Below, in pieces: positions 15,317-29,675 of a DNA stretch of 64,000 bases. A program made the position numbers and the translations under genes. Source of the stretch: Eledone cirrhosa (taxonomy: Eukaryota); the NCBI GenBank assembly GCA_964016885.1, contig OZ024741.1, forward strand, positions 224,688,001-224,752,000, written 5' to 3'. The notes beneath the pieces were generated by a model, which saw only the letters and a list, made by a program, of their open reading frames with translations, was not told the DNA's origin and searched no databases. The number at the start of each line of letters is the position of its first letter. Position 1 is the stretch's first letter.

Positions 15317-15580
15317 GTTGAGGGAAAAGAGGAAGAGAGGAAAGGAGTACTCACTCTTTGTACTCCCGGAGATGAGGGTTGCACATTTTTTTCGGGGGTA
15401 CGTGTTACCCATATGTAATGTCTCCCCTATTGGGGAAAATCGATTAATTTTTAAATTGCATTTGTGATAGTATTTTACACGTTTTTATTGTATGTAAACT
15501 TTCCCCTTTGTATTTGTCCCCTTCTTTTGTGCCCCCGTGGCTAATAAAGAAACATATCTATCTATCTGACTGCTTAACTG

Positions 15581-15616
<36 letters not shown>

Positions 15617-15648
15617 GTTGTATGAAAAATGCGTCGCGCAGATCAGAG

Positions 15649-15700
15649 TATAATACTGTATATATATCGATTATATAATCGATATATATACAGTATTATA
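15649..15700. repeat. Perfect 52-bp palindrome
   Basis: tataatactgtatatatatcgattatataatcgatatatatacagtattata equals its own reverse complement. Confidence 0.9.
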
Positions 15701-15807
15701 TGATCTATAATATGTCTTGCCTCGAGCTGATCGATAGCGAAACATATGTAATATGTTATTAAATGTGTTATGATACAACACTGAACACCTGTTCTTTATC
15801 CTTATAG

Positions 15808-15838
<31 letters not shown>

Positions 15839-15881
15839 GAAAAAGAACAAAGGAACAATTATGTCATTACAACAAGTTTAT

Positions 15882-15928
15882 TGCCGACAGCCGTTTCGCC
15901 CGACCACATGGTGGGACTTTTCAAGGCA
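15882..15928 (-). ncRNA. Minimal type I hammerhead ribozyme, U3-A8 variant
   Basis: Minus strand: ugcc UUGAAAA guccc-accauguggu-cgggc GAAA cggcug UC ggca. Confidence 0.75.
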
Positions 15929-17497
15929 TACAACATGTGACTGTAAGATCATTATCTACATCAACGTATCACTCAAGGCTAGCAGTAATATACCACCCCA
16001 GTCAAATCCACACTGGTTTTTCTACCAATATGACATGTAGACCAATACATCCTATGTAGCGAGACCTTGGACTTAGAACCGGCCGAAAGCGTGCAACCCC
16101 TGAAACTAAAAGATCGAAAGGACCATACCCAGCAACCACTAGCTATTGGAACCACAGGTACATCTCCCAGAGAGTCCACGCAGCTGATAGTGAATCCCAG
16201 TTGATCCGTGAACTATGAACTTTTAAACAAGACCAGCTGTGCCTGGAGCTATGCAGATATACGCATAATGGATATCGCGCCCACACGGTCACCAGTACTG
16301 TTCATCCTGTTGTATGTATGTAAATATCCGTGCGCGGGATATCCCTGAGTACATTTTCTTGACCATCAATTGTTAATCGATTGTTTGTTAATTAGGCAGG
16401 AATATACCATTGTGTCTGTGCTAATCCTATGAGTTGCTGTATGTGTGTAAAGTATCCGAGCGCGGGATATCCCTGAGCTAATTTTGCCTGACTGTTAATA
16501 GTGTTTTGATTACTTGTTAATTAGGCAGGAATATATATTATTATGTCTTTGTTAATCCTGTATCAATAATTTTATAATAATTTTTTGTGATAATACATTG
16601 TTAGATTACTGAAGCTACCTTATACCTTCTTAAAAATACATTTTATAATTATTGTCTTTTTGCTTATGTATTTTCTTATTTACCACTCTCTTTAATCTTG
16701 CCCAACTTGATAAACTCTTTGAATTGCTCCCTAATTAAATTACTTAAATTACTTAAATTATTGTATCTATTATGCCTAAGTTGTATCTGCTGAAGCAGTC
16801 CTTTGATGATTCCTCGGATATCCCAAATACCGTAATTTTTAACTTTTAATGTATAGTTTTCCTCAATTCGCTTTTATATATATCCTTAAAAGCTCTCTAA
16901 AATTTTAATTCTTCGAAGGGTCTCTCGGAGGAGGTTCCTATTAAAAATATTAAAGGGGCCTTTTCTGAGAGAACTATAGAAGGCTCTTTGAATTAACCTT
17001 TAATTGATTAGTTTCTTTCAACTTAGTAGGGAATATCAAAACTTCGTAAGTTTTCTGAAATTTGTAAACGTGATCTCGGGGGAAGAAAGTTTTTTTCTTT
17101 CGGAAAAAAACTTTTTTCTCTCGAAGGAATTTTCATAGGAAACTATATATATATTTTTTAGAGAAACTTTGTATTTTTATTTTTTATTTTATTAGCCTCT
17201 TAATTTCTTCTAGTTTAGTAGGTTTATTGGAGCCTGTAAGCTTTATGCACTTATTGAGGGATTTTTTAAGGTGCTTCTACGGGACCCCAAGTCTTTTAGT
17301 TTACTGTTAATGCGTAAATTATATATTATCTAATTTTTAACCTTCAATCCCTGACCCCGACAACTAATATAAAAGAGCCCCCTTAGAATATAGACCCCAA
17401 ATATACAAGCTGAGCTGCTGATGTATACCACAATTTCAAACTGCTAGCCTTGAGTGATACGTTGATGTAGATAATGATCTTACAGTCACATGTTGTA

Positions 17498-17543
17498 TGC
17501 CTTGAAAAGTCCCACATGTGGTCGGACGAAACGGCTGTCGGCA
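17498..17543 (+). ncRNA. Minimal type I hammerhead ribozyme, U3-A8 variant
   Basis: ugcc UUGAAAA gucc-cacaugugguc-ggac GAAA cggcug UC ggca, then AATAAA; GUC cleavage triplet. Confidence 0.8.
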
Positions 17544-17694
17544 ATAAACTTGTTGTAATGTCATAATTGTTCCTTTGTTCTTTTTCACAAATATTTCTGC
17601 TCTGCGTATACGCATAGAGCTTAACTAGCTACCGTCGCATATTTGGTAGGTCAGACGTGATCATCGCGATTCACATACGACCTACCATACATCT

Positions 17695-17786
<92 letters not shown>

Positions 17787-17788
17787 TA

Positions 17789-17879
<91 letters not shown>

Positions 17880-18254
17880 GAAAAGCAAATAAGCTAATTA
17901 GGAGGAGAGAAAGGTGATTAGTTATGCAGATTATGGGAGAACGTTAGTGTGCTCAATGCATATAGGTTGTTAGACTAGTGAGCCATGCAATTAGATGGAA
18001 CAAGAGATAGTTTAACAATCGTATAATAAGCAGAGCAAAACTCATATTTAAAATGCTGGAGAGAACAACAAAGATTTATGAATATATATATGTAATTAAT
18101 AATTTCTACTTTTGGCACAAGACCAGCAATTACTCCAGTGTATTACTGGTACTTTATTTTATCGACCCGGTAAGGATTTGCTTCAAATACTGCACAGTAA
18201 GAATGGACATAGATGTTGAGATATCGAATGTAAATCGATATATATATATATATA

Positions 18255-18440
18255 TCGTGGATATAGATGTTTTCAAGAAACATCTCGACATTCTGCCATC
18301 TAGGATCACAGATAAGCTCACTTTACAAAAGGAAGTACAAATAAGGGCAACAATGACGAACTCCCTCGTGCATCGCTGGTCAAACAAGGAAGAGCGGTTG
18401 AAGAAAGTGTAACAACCAGCATGACCTCAGCCAGTAGGCT
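18255..18440 (+). mobile_element. 3' fragment of a CR1/L2-group LINE
   Basis: Translates [22 protein letters not shown]...[10 protein letters not shown], resembling the FKxxLD...RAAxxNSL C-terminus of these LINEs. Confidence 0.55.
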
Positions 18441-18457
18441 GGAATAGGTTAAAGAGT

Positions 18458-18629
<172 letters not shown>

Positions 18630-18636
18630 GTATATA

Positions 18637-18753
18637 GAGTTGTAAAAAAATCAAAACTAAGTTTCATTTTTCAATCTTAGTACGGCACTAACTTAAATAT
18701 AAGTATGTATGTATACGTACATACATATATGTATGTGTACCTGTATGTATATA

Positions 18754-18801
<48 letters not shown>

Positions 18802-19344
18802 TACATACAGGTACACATACATATATGTACGTATCAGTTTAGCGGACGCTTATTATAGCGCCGGCTTTGTTCGTTTGTAAACAAACTGAACAGCCTGAAT
18901 TTATGCCGTACGGTGTTAAGGCAACCACGTCACCTTTTTGTTCAACACTGACACAGGAACGATGTACTAGTTTCAAGCTTGTTAGCTATCATCAGCACCG
19001 TATACCCTTCTGCCAGATGGTTGAACGCTCGAAAGTATATACTTTCCTTATGAAAATTAACGGCTGAGCAGCCTAATTTGCATATCGAGTGAGTTATGTC
19101 GGCCAGGCGTACCGAAAACGATCAGTTGTAATAAAATGAAAACGAAATTTCATTTCTCACTCTTAGTACGGCACTTACTTAAATGTAAGTATGTATGTAT
19201 ACGTACATACATATATGTATACAGACGTACAGTAGCATGTATATATGTATGTATGTATGTATATATGTATATATATATATATATATATGCATGCTACTGT
19301 ACGTCTGTATACATATATGTATGTACGTATACATACATACTTAC

Positions 19345-19345
<1 letters not shown>
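18637..19345. repeat. Unclassified TA-associated dispersed repeat (direct copies at 18637 and 19125; inverted copy at 41030-41127)
   Basis: Shared tttcatttt...tcttagtacggcact..cttaaat.taagtatgtatgtatacgtacatacatatatgtat. Confidence 0.65.
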
Positions 19346-19389
<44 letters not shown>

Positions 19390-19715
19390 AATTGTTTTGA
19401 CTACAAGAATTTTTGCAACGCGAAATTTATAGTGCTTATTCACGTGACATTCAACAACCAACCAAATCTCAATACCCCCCAAGAAACTTTTTTCACATAA
19501 AACAGGAAGAATTTCCAAAACTGATCAGATTAGAGCAAAAATCACGAGCACTCTATCTCAAGATTATTTTTGAAAAGGATAAGAAATGCGCAACCGGTAA
19601 AAACTTAAAACTAAAACTGAATACTAACCAATACTTATTACTAATTAATACTTATTCCTAATTAAATTATTTTTCACTGGGAAAAATTTGTCAGTATTTT
19701 CTTTTCCTTTTTACT

Positions 19716-19792
<77 letters not shown>

Positions 19793-19864
19793 GAGAGTTA
19801 TAAACTCAAATAGTCTTTTATATATATAAATAGCTCAAAGAAAGGAATATTTCTGAGCCGTGTA

Positions 19865-20127
19865 ATACAAATGAATATATGATAGGGATAAACACTGATA
19901 CAAGCATACAAGTGTTTGCATTGCGAATGACCAAGTTAGCTAGATTGAAAAAATACTAATTAAAATAATACGGTTTGCCTGTCTCGATTTAAAATAATAA
20001 ATCAATAAAAACAAACCTATATTGGCAAAAGCCAATAATTAGTATTTTTCAATCTAGCTAACTTGGTCATTTGCAATGCAAACACCTGTATGCTTGTATC
20101 AGTGTTTATCACTATCATATATTGATT

Positions 20128-20132
<5 letters not shown>
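19865..20132. mobile_element. Foldback/MITE-like element with ~97-bp inverted arms
   Basis: 19865-19962 pairs with 20036-20132 with few mismatches; abuts (TA)n. Confidence 0.8.
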
Positions 20133-20184
<52 letters not shown>

Positions 20185-20230
20185 AAATAAAATAAATAAG
20201 TCAAATGTTTAAAATTTGGCTCCGTTTATT

Positions 20231-20285
20231 ACTGCTATATATATTTCGGTGACAGCCATCTTTGGCTGTGACCTCTTCAGGCAGT
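20231..20285 (-). ncRNA. Minimal type I hammerhead ribozyme with canonical core
   Basis: Minus strand: acugc CUGAAGA ggucacagcc-aaagau-ggcugucacc GAAA uauaua UA gcagu AAUAAA. Confidence 0.88.
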
Positions 20286-21623
20286 CCGAATTAGTGTGGT
20301 AGAGACGAGTACACATGTTGTTGAGGTGTTTAACTTTCTCAATAATCTGATATGCCCAGTTCCTGGTTGGGTTGTTATTTCACTGAGGAACTGGAATCAT
20401 ATGAATTTAAACAAACGAATTTCAGCGTCAAAGGGCCTCTTCTCCTCTCATTGGTCAGTTGTTAGAACATTCCTCAGTCAAAAGTCTATAGAAATTCGTT
20501 CTGAGGCAAGCCAATCTGTAGTGGTTGTTCTTGTTATTGTTAGGTACATCTGACCTCTATTCTTATGTTGATAGTGGTGTTGTTGTTGGAGTCAGCTCAA
20601 CAAAATGATAAAGTGGTAGAAGAAATAAGGTGGTAAAGGAACAAAATAAAATAAAATAATCAAATAAAATGTGTATGTGTGTTATACCTATCTCAGTGTT
20701 ATAAAGATTTGTAAGGTCACTCTTCCCATTGGTCAGTTTTGAGAGCATTCCTCAGTCAAAAGTCTATAGAAATTCTTTCTGGGGTGAGGCTCCCTGTAGT
20801 TATTGTGTTTGCTATTGTTAAGTACATCTGACCTCTACCCTTATTTTGGTAGTGTTGTTGGTGTTGTGGTCAGCCTATGTCTTGCTGCTGCTGACATTTA
20901 GAAGTATCTGTGTGCGTGTTTCTTCATCCCTCCTGCCACCATCTCCCGTGGTGGTGGTGATGGTGGTGGTGGTGGTGGTGGTGGTGGGGTGTGGGGTGTT
21001 GGGTGTGTGGGGGGGTTTCTGCCATGTATATGAAGAAATAGAAGGCAATAAAATGAAGAAAACAGAAAATAAATAATAAATAGAGAATAAATGAAAAATT
21101 TATGAAAAAGTAATGAAAATGAAAATGAAAATGAAAAGCGAAAAATGAAAATGAAAAGTGAAAAATAAAAATGAAGATTCACATAAAATAAAATATGTGT
21201 GTGCTATAACCAATCTCAAGGTCAGAAATATGTTGGATAAAGTGGTAGGAGGAACAAGATGGTAAAAGAATAAAACTAAATAGGATAATCAAATAAAATG
21301 TGTGTGTGTTATAACCAATCTCAACTTAAATATAAATATAAGGTGATAAAGTGAAGAAAAAAAATCAAAAATGAAAAATCAAGTAAAATAAAATATGTGT
21401 GTGTTATAAAGATATTGGCCAAATTATAAAGGCTGTTTCAGAATCAATCTCTAGGCTATCATGGTGTCTGCTCAGCCTGGGTTGGTCCCTATGGCTTGAG
21501 GGGAGTTCCCAACCTATGGTGTTGTTACTGCCCATATAGCTTGAGGGAGGTCTGGCCGAGAGGTATCTACATGTTCTGGAGAAGTCCCTATAGCTTGAGG
21601 GGAGTTCACATCTTATTGTGTTG

Positions 21624-24310
21624 CTACTGTCCATATATCTTGAGGAAGGTCCCGGCCCTGAGGTGTCTGCATGTCCCGAAGAAGTCGGTTCTGAGGTTTA
21701 TCATGCGGTTTCCACCTCTTAGTATCTCGAGGGTCTCGTTTAGACATAGTTTGCATATGCCAGATCCTCCTTTATCGGGTGGTACTTTCCTGATTATGGA
21801 CCAGGCCAGAGAGTACGGGGTCCTGTCCAGCTTAAGCTTCCAGATCAGGTCAGAGAGAGCCGTACTTTTCCTTTTGGCCTCCTTATTGAAAGAATGGCGA
21901 TGGTTATACCAACGGTCTTTGAAGCTCGTTGATGTGGCTCCTATGTAGAGGTGTTCGGAGTTGAGGGTTTTAACCCTACAACCGTATACTAGGTTCTTCT
22001 TAAGGCATTCATTACTAAGGGGGCATGATTCGGGGTTTCTGCAGTTGCAGAGGGTGGTCGACCTCTGCGTGCCTAGAGTGGGGTTCCCGTTAAGTGTTAC
22101 ATGGTGGTCTTCCCCCGGGATCGGTGGGGTGGGGTGGGGTGGGGGTGGGGGGTCCCCGGGTCTGTTTGGGTTTCTTGGGTGGGCACTGGGTCCCCTTCTC
22201 TCCTTCCACATGGTTCTGCTGGGTGCTTGTATTGCCATCTTCTGGTTGTGTGTGGTTTTTAAGCCCACTCCTTTTGATGCTAGCTGTGTTGGACCAGATT
22301 TCTCGTGGTGGAATACGAGAGCTTCACAGTGTGTCTGTTGAAGATCTTGTGGTATCTATGGTCCCTCGGGAAGCATTTATCAAGTGCTTCAAAGAATGAT
22401 CGGGCCAAGCTGTTCTTTAGGGTCGCTGAGTAGGGTGGGTTGTACCACGTGATTTTTCTGCGTCTCCTCCTATATGGGTGGGTTGGGGGCGTTGTGAGTT
22501 GTTGGAGATTTGTTGGGTTGCTGGTGGTTCCCGCATTGTTGCTTCCCCTTTGGACGCTATGCGTTTTGCTATCTTCACGGCCCGAATCTGTGGGGTGGTC
22601 GTTGCCCGCGCTGGGAGATCCACCGTGTGGTGGTCCCCCGTTGCCCCCTCCCCCCACGTGTCCTGCGGTTGGGGTCGCCGGGCCCGGGGTGGTTAGCATC
22701 ACCCCTGAGACTGCTACTCATATTGGGTTTCATCTCATGGTTAAGCGTACTCGTCACCAACGCCCATGTGGTGGTGTCGGGCTCATGGTGCCTATTTGTT
22801 TCTGTTCTGCCTGCATTGTTAGGATTCGCCCCCTCCCGGACAACGCGGGTGTGGGTGTCCGTTGGGCCATCCCCATCCCGGCGTTTCGGACTATATGTTA
22901 TATTTTGGCCATGTGCCGCCTTATTTAGAGCTGCGTTGTAATATTCCGCGTTGTTATCGAATATTTCCTTACTTGCGGACATGCTGGAGATCCTGTCCGA
23001 GACACTCTTCACCACGGCCTTGGTTATGGATCTAGGGTGGTTTGACTTGGCGTTAACATACACGAGTTTCTCGTTGGGCTTGTGGTAGGGGTAGTATTAT
23101 TCGGTGTTCAGGTTTAGGGTGGTGTCTAGGAAGTTAACTACCTTACTATTTGGGTCTAGTTCGATACTGAGCTCCTGGTTCTTAAAGAAATGGCGAATAC
23201 GCCTCCTCATTCGCTCCAACATATTGGTGCTGTGGTCATATACTGTGAAGAGAGCATCGTCACGATATAATCCGCCGCACAGGCAGGGGATTTCATCTTT
23301 TATCTGCTTCAGCAGGAAGAGCCCACCAGGTCCATTACCTGTGCTAAGTCGCTGGAGCCCATCGTGATGTCAAAGTTATTTGGCCAATCACTCCTGGTCC
23401 AAAGGTCTCCATCGAAACGGATTAAGGTCTTTATTGCGGCGTGGATGATGCTCACCTCCTCTCGGGTTAGGTCCGTATTGGACATCGCTAAAAATAGGGC
23501 CTTATTGAGTACTATGGGTGAGATTGAGGAGTAGTAGCCTGCGATATCCAGTTGTATAAAGCTGGTCTTACTTTTCTCATGTAGTGTCTTAAACCATTCT
23601 ATTACCTCTCCCGTGCATGACCATTGCTGTAATCTAGTTTTTTTCCGAAGCTTGGGCAAAATCCTATCTAGTATTCTTTTACTGACGATCCCTAGGTCAC
23701 ATCCGGAGGGGGCTATTAGTCTGACAGGGAGGTCGGACTCAAATTTTGGCTTGTGATCTTTAAGGGTAATCCGCGGCTCCCTTGGTTCGTATGGGGCCGT
23801 CCTGTCCTCTATGCCGAGTCCAGATATAATCCTGTAAGCTGTGGCATTGATCTCATCCAGGGTAAATCCAGGTGTTTTTTTGTAGCACTTCCTCAGTTCC
23901 CTGAGAATTAGCTTATTATACAGTTCAGTGTTCATGTTGTAGAGGTTGTTGGTTTTGTCAGCATGGACAAGTATTCCAGTTGTCTCTTTAAGTACTGTAA
24001 TCCAGTTTCTCAGGTGTCTGAGGAACTTCTGACTTCTGGTTGGGTTTCCGGAGGATTTGAGGTTGGATATGATGTTAATCATCTCGTTTTCAAACCCCTC
24101 CATTAGTCTGTTGCGGGGGGGGGGGGATTCCTCCTTGATCGAAATGTTTTGTGTATTGGTAATTTTTTGCGTTCCTCTTTCGAAGTGGAACGCCTTCCAT
24201 CTCATCCTACGGACGAGGGAGTCCGTACTCCTGATAAGATCATTGGTGTATTCTCGTTTGTCAGTTAGGGGGATGTCTTTCAGTGACTCTAAGGTTACCA
24301 GTTTTTCCAT
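21624..24310 (-). pseudogene. Penelope/Naiad RT + GIY-YIG endonuclease ORF, frameshifted
   Basis: SLKDIP N-terminus, ADKTNNLY, ITLKDHK, DIAGYYSSI, GLYRDD (23256-23267), KITWYNPPYS, CNC...CPL..CL...VY...YIG...CKLC...CRH. Confidence 0.92.
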
Positions 24311-24559
24311 AGTGACTTAAGTCCGCTACTGTTTGAAGCGCTCAAACGTGGGTTGATAAATTTTGAGTATACCAACACCCTAGTATGCAGATTGGAGCAC
24401 TCGACAAAGTGCGCAGGTTGGTTTGGTTACTCCGGAATAAATAAAATAAATTAAATAAGTCAAATGTTTAAAATTTGGCTTCGTTTATTACTGCTATATA
24501 TATTTCGGTGACAGCCATCTTTGGCTGTGATACTCAAAATGTATATATATATGTGTGTG

Positions 24560-24891
24560 CTGTATATATATATGTGTGCTGTATTTGATGTATATCGTAT
24601 GCTATACGATATGCATTATATGTTGCATTCAGTCTCAGCGTTATGTCCAGAATTTTTCTACGTCCATCCCAAGCGCACCTCAGCGTGAAAGGTCGTTCTA
24701 AAACGAAACAATACCTCCTACGTTAACCAAGAACTCCTAAGACCTAACCAACAACCAAACGACTTAATTTATAAAATAATTTTTTTTAAGAAAAAAATTT
24801 TTTCTAATCCGGAAAAAAATTCTTTTTGCATATTGTGAAGAAAATAAATTTGTTGAAAGCACAAGTGAAGCCATTTTTTCTCCCCCCCTGT

Positions 24892-24947
<56 letters not shown>

Positions 24948-25059
24948 CGATCTCGTCTCATACTGTAAACCAGAGAAACATCCAATACAGTCATTTTCTC
25001 TTCTACCTGTCTTCTCTTATCATCTGTTTACCCGGCCGAAGCTGGGTACGTCAGCTAGT
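24560..25059 (+). mobile_element. Non-autonomous Helitron-like element, 3' end (5' boundary uncertain)
   Basis: GC-rich hairpin tacccggc-cgaa-gctgggta followed shortly by CTAG|T at 25055-25059. Confidence 0.6.
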
Positions 25060-25439
25060 ATATATATATATATAACAGAAAAGTCAACAAGGAAAAACAT
25101 CAATGACAAAGTTGTTTATATAAAAACAAAACACACTATTAAAGGGAACAAAAAAAGGAAAACAACACAAGAAAACAATACAATATATTGATGATATATT
25201 AATTTAACGCTTGATATAGTTGGAAAAGGGCCCTAACGTTTCGGACGCTAGACTTTCATCAAAAAGTACAAAAAGAGAGAAGAGAAGAGGCTTTGATGAC
25301 AATAGTGACGACAATGATGGTGATGGCGTTAGTTATGGTGATGAAAATGTAGACGATAATGGTGATTATAATGGTGATGGTTGGGGTGATTATGGTGGTT
25401 GGGAAGATGATGGTGTCGAAGATGATGATGGCGATGGTG

Positions 25440-25458
25440 TTGGAGATGATGCTGGTTG

Positions 25459-25493
<35 letters not shown>

Positions 25494-26870
25494 GTGATAG
25501 TGATGGTTGTGGCGATGATGATGATGACGATGATGGTGATGGTGATGGTTGTGTCGATGATGATGATGACAATGATGGTCAAAGTGATGGTTTTGGTTGT
25601 GGTGATGACGTTGATGACGATGATGGTGATGGTGATGGTTGTGACGATGATGATGATGACAATGATGGTCAAAGTGATGGTGATGGTTGTGGTGATGACG
25701 TTGATGACAATGATGGTGATTGTGATGATGATGGTTGTGGTGATGACGTTGATCACAATGATGGTGATGGTGATGGTGATGGTTGTGGTGATGACGTTGA
25801 TGACAATGATGGTGATGGTGATGGTTGTGACGATGACGTTGATGACAATGATGGTCAAAGTGATGGTGTTGGTTGTGGTGATGACGTTGATGACGATGAT
25901 GGTCAAAGTGATGGTGATGGTTGTGGTGATGACGTTGATGACAATGATGGTCAAAGTGATGGTGATGGTTGTGGTGATGACGTTGATGACAATGATGGTG
26001 ATGGTGATGGTGATGGTGATGGTTGTGTCGATGACGTTGATGACAATGATGGTCAAAGTGATGATGTTGGTTGTGGTGATGACGTTGATGACAATGATGG
26101 TCAAAGTGATGGTTTTGGTTGTGGTGATGACGTTGATGACAATGATGGTCAAAGTGATGGTTTTGGTTGTGGTGATGACGTTGATGACAATGATGGTCAA
26201 AGTGATGGTTTTGGTTGTGGTGATGACGTTGATGACAATGATGGTCAAAGTGATGGTTTTGGTTGTGGTGATGACGTTGATGACAATGATGGTCAAAGTG
26301 ATGGTTTTGGTTGTGGTGATGACGTTGATGACAATAATGGTCAAAGTGATGGTTTTGGTTGTGGTGATGACGTTGATGACAATGATGGTCAAAGTGATGG
26401 TTTTGGTTGTGGTGATGACGTTGATGACAATAATGGTCAAAGTGATGGTGATGGTTGTGGTGATGAAGTTGATGACAATAATGGTCAAAGTGATGGTTTT
26501 GGTTGTGGTGATGACGTTGATGACAATGATGGTCAAAGTGATGGTTTTGGTTGTGGTGATGACGTTGATGACAATAATGGTCAAAGTGATGGTTTTGGTT
26601 GTGGTGATGACGTTGATGACAATAATGGTCAAAGTGATGGTGATGGTTGTGGTGATGAAGTTGATGACAATAATGGTCAAAGTGATGGTTTTGGTTGTGG
26701 TGATGACGTTGATGACAATGATGGTCAAAGTGATGGTTTTGGTTGTGGTGATGACGTTGATGACAATAATGGTCAAAGTGATGGTGATGGTTGTGGTGAT
26801 GACGTTGATGACAATGATGGTGATGGTGATGGTTTTGGTTGTGGTGATGACGTTGATGACAATGATGGTA
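25440..26870. repeat. 48-bp minisatellite derived from GAT/GGT triplets
   Basis: Unit gatgacgttgatgacaatgatggtcaaagtgatggttttggttgtggt, homogeneous from ~26050 to 26800 and degenerate to the left. Confidence 0.92.
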
Positions 26871-27019
26871 TGGTGATGTGGTGATAACGATGGTGGTGGT
26901 GATGATGATGATGATGTTGTTGATAATAATCACAAGACAGTCATATCAATTATTGGAGAACAATGAAGTAATAAATTCAACTTTTTAGTTGAATTTGTGT
27001 GTTTGTTTGTTTGTTTGTG

Positions 27020-28510
<1,491 letters not shown>

Positions 28511-28889
28511 TGTCTGTATGCATGTACATATATATACACACGCATACGTTCATAACCACCACACATATATAATTCATATCTATTGCCATTGTATTAAAAT
28601 TCAAAGTAAAGTGGAGTGCATCCTACATTCAAGTAAGAACAATAACATTCATAATAGTAACAACGACAAAACAATAACAACAAAACATGAATACTAATAT
28701 ACTAATAAACAAACACGATTAATAGGATTTTACTTATGGATGCTACGCAGTAGACTTAATTTCTGTAATTAACTTCTATGGTATACAGACAATACTACAA
28801 ACTATTTAATAATAATAAAAACAACAGCAACAACAATAACACTAACAACAACAACAACAACAACAATAATGATAGTAATAATAATTTTT

Positions 28890-29068
28890 TCTACTTTTTG
28901 GAACACGGCCAGCATTATCTCAGTGTATTACTGGTACTTTATTTGATCGACCCCGTAAGGATGAAAGACAAAGTTAACCTCGGCGGGATTTGAACTCAGT
29001 TCATAAAGGGCCGTAACTCTTTGCTGCAAAGCATGGCGTCCGACCCTATACCGATACTGCCAATCCAC
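28890..29068 (-). mobile_element. tRNA-derived SINE with Meta-like central domain
   Basis: Minus strand has A box TGGCAGTATCGG, B box GAGTTCAAATCC and ctttcatccttacggggtcgat; same family as 30825, 31630 and 44760. Confidence 0.8.
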
Positions 29069-29489
29069 CAATTATTATAATTGTTTTCTACATATGTATA
29101 CGATCAGATATTTGGCAGAAGAAGGAATGGCGATTAATTTAACATCAGTTCTTGAATGGTGCTTTAAGCTCTATTTCTTTTAATTTAGACACAAGGTTAG
29201 AAATTTAGAGTGAGACGAAAGTCGATTTTATCGATCCCAATACTTCTCTGGTACACTATTTTATAGAAATCGGGAAGGATTAAAGGTAAAGTTCGTCTAG
29301 GGTGGAATTTGAACTCAGAATGTAACTAAATACCACACGGAATTTTATCAACATTGGAGGCCATACCCATTGGAAGCCACACCGATTGGAGGCCATAGCA
29401 CAGTGGGTTGGATTATGGAGTAAAACCAATCAACACAAGACAAAAATATTATTGATCAGAATTCGAAAGGACAAAACATGATTTGTAAT

Positions 29490-29675
29490 TTAGGCCCAAG
29501 CCCAGCAAATTTTGGGGAAGGGCAAAGTTGATTAAATCAGCACCAGTACTAGATTGGTACTTTATTTTATCGACCCCGGAAGGATGAAAAGCAAGGCTGA
29601 GGTCGATGGGATTTGAACTCAGAATGAAAATACCCAGAATAAATACCGCAATGGCATTTTATCCGACACTCTACC
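29490..29675 (-). mobile_element. Older Meta-like SINE (another degenerate copy at 29180-29350)
   Basis: ggtactttattttatcgaccccggaaggatgaaa...ggatttgaactcagaa. Confidence 0.7.

Larger units (their letters stand above)
9841..15553 (+). mobile_element. Tx1/L1-type retrotransposon copy B, apparently full length, degenerate (B/D subfamily)
   Basis: Begins directly after (ATCT)n; ~200-nt 5'UTR, ORF1 from 10043, ORF2 from 11885, 3'UTR ending AATAAAGAAAC+(ATCT)n. Confidence 0.95.
15831..17697 (+). mobile_element. Penelope-like element remnant with inverted ~155-bp pseudo-LTRs, between (TA)n tracts
   Basis: 15831-15986 is the reverse complement of 17440-17594; each arm holds a minimal hammerhead followed by AATAAA; no recognisable internal ORF; ~120-bp internal duplication at 16310-16560. 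Confidence 0.7.
20179..24530 (-). mobile_element. Near full-length Penelope-like element (Naiad type) with direct pseudo-LTRs
   Basis: Direct repeat 20179-20271 = 24437-24530; RT and C-terminal GIY-YIG on the minus strand; hammerhead in the 3' pLTR; adjoins (TA)n. Confidence 0.92.

Noticed and set aside
21624-22110. Selenocysteine UGA codons reported for some Naiads
   Set aside because: The conserved Cys positions of the GIY-YIG region translate as Cys with no in-frame UGA
25228-25268. Hammerhead-like UGAUGA...GAAACGUUA on the minus strand
   Set aside because: Stems I and II do not pair convincingly
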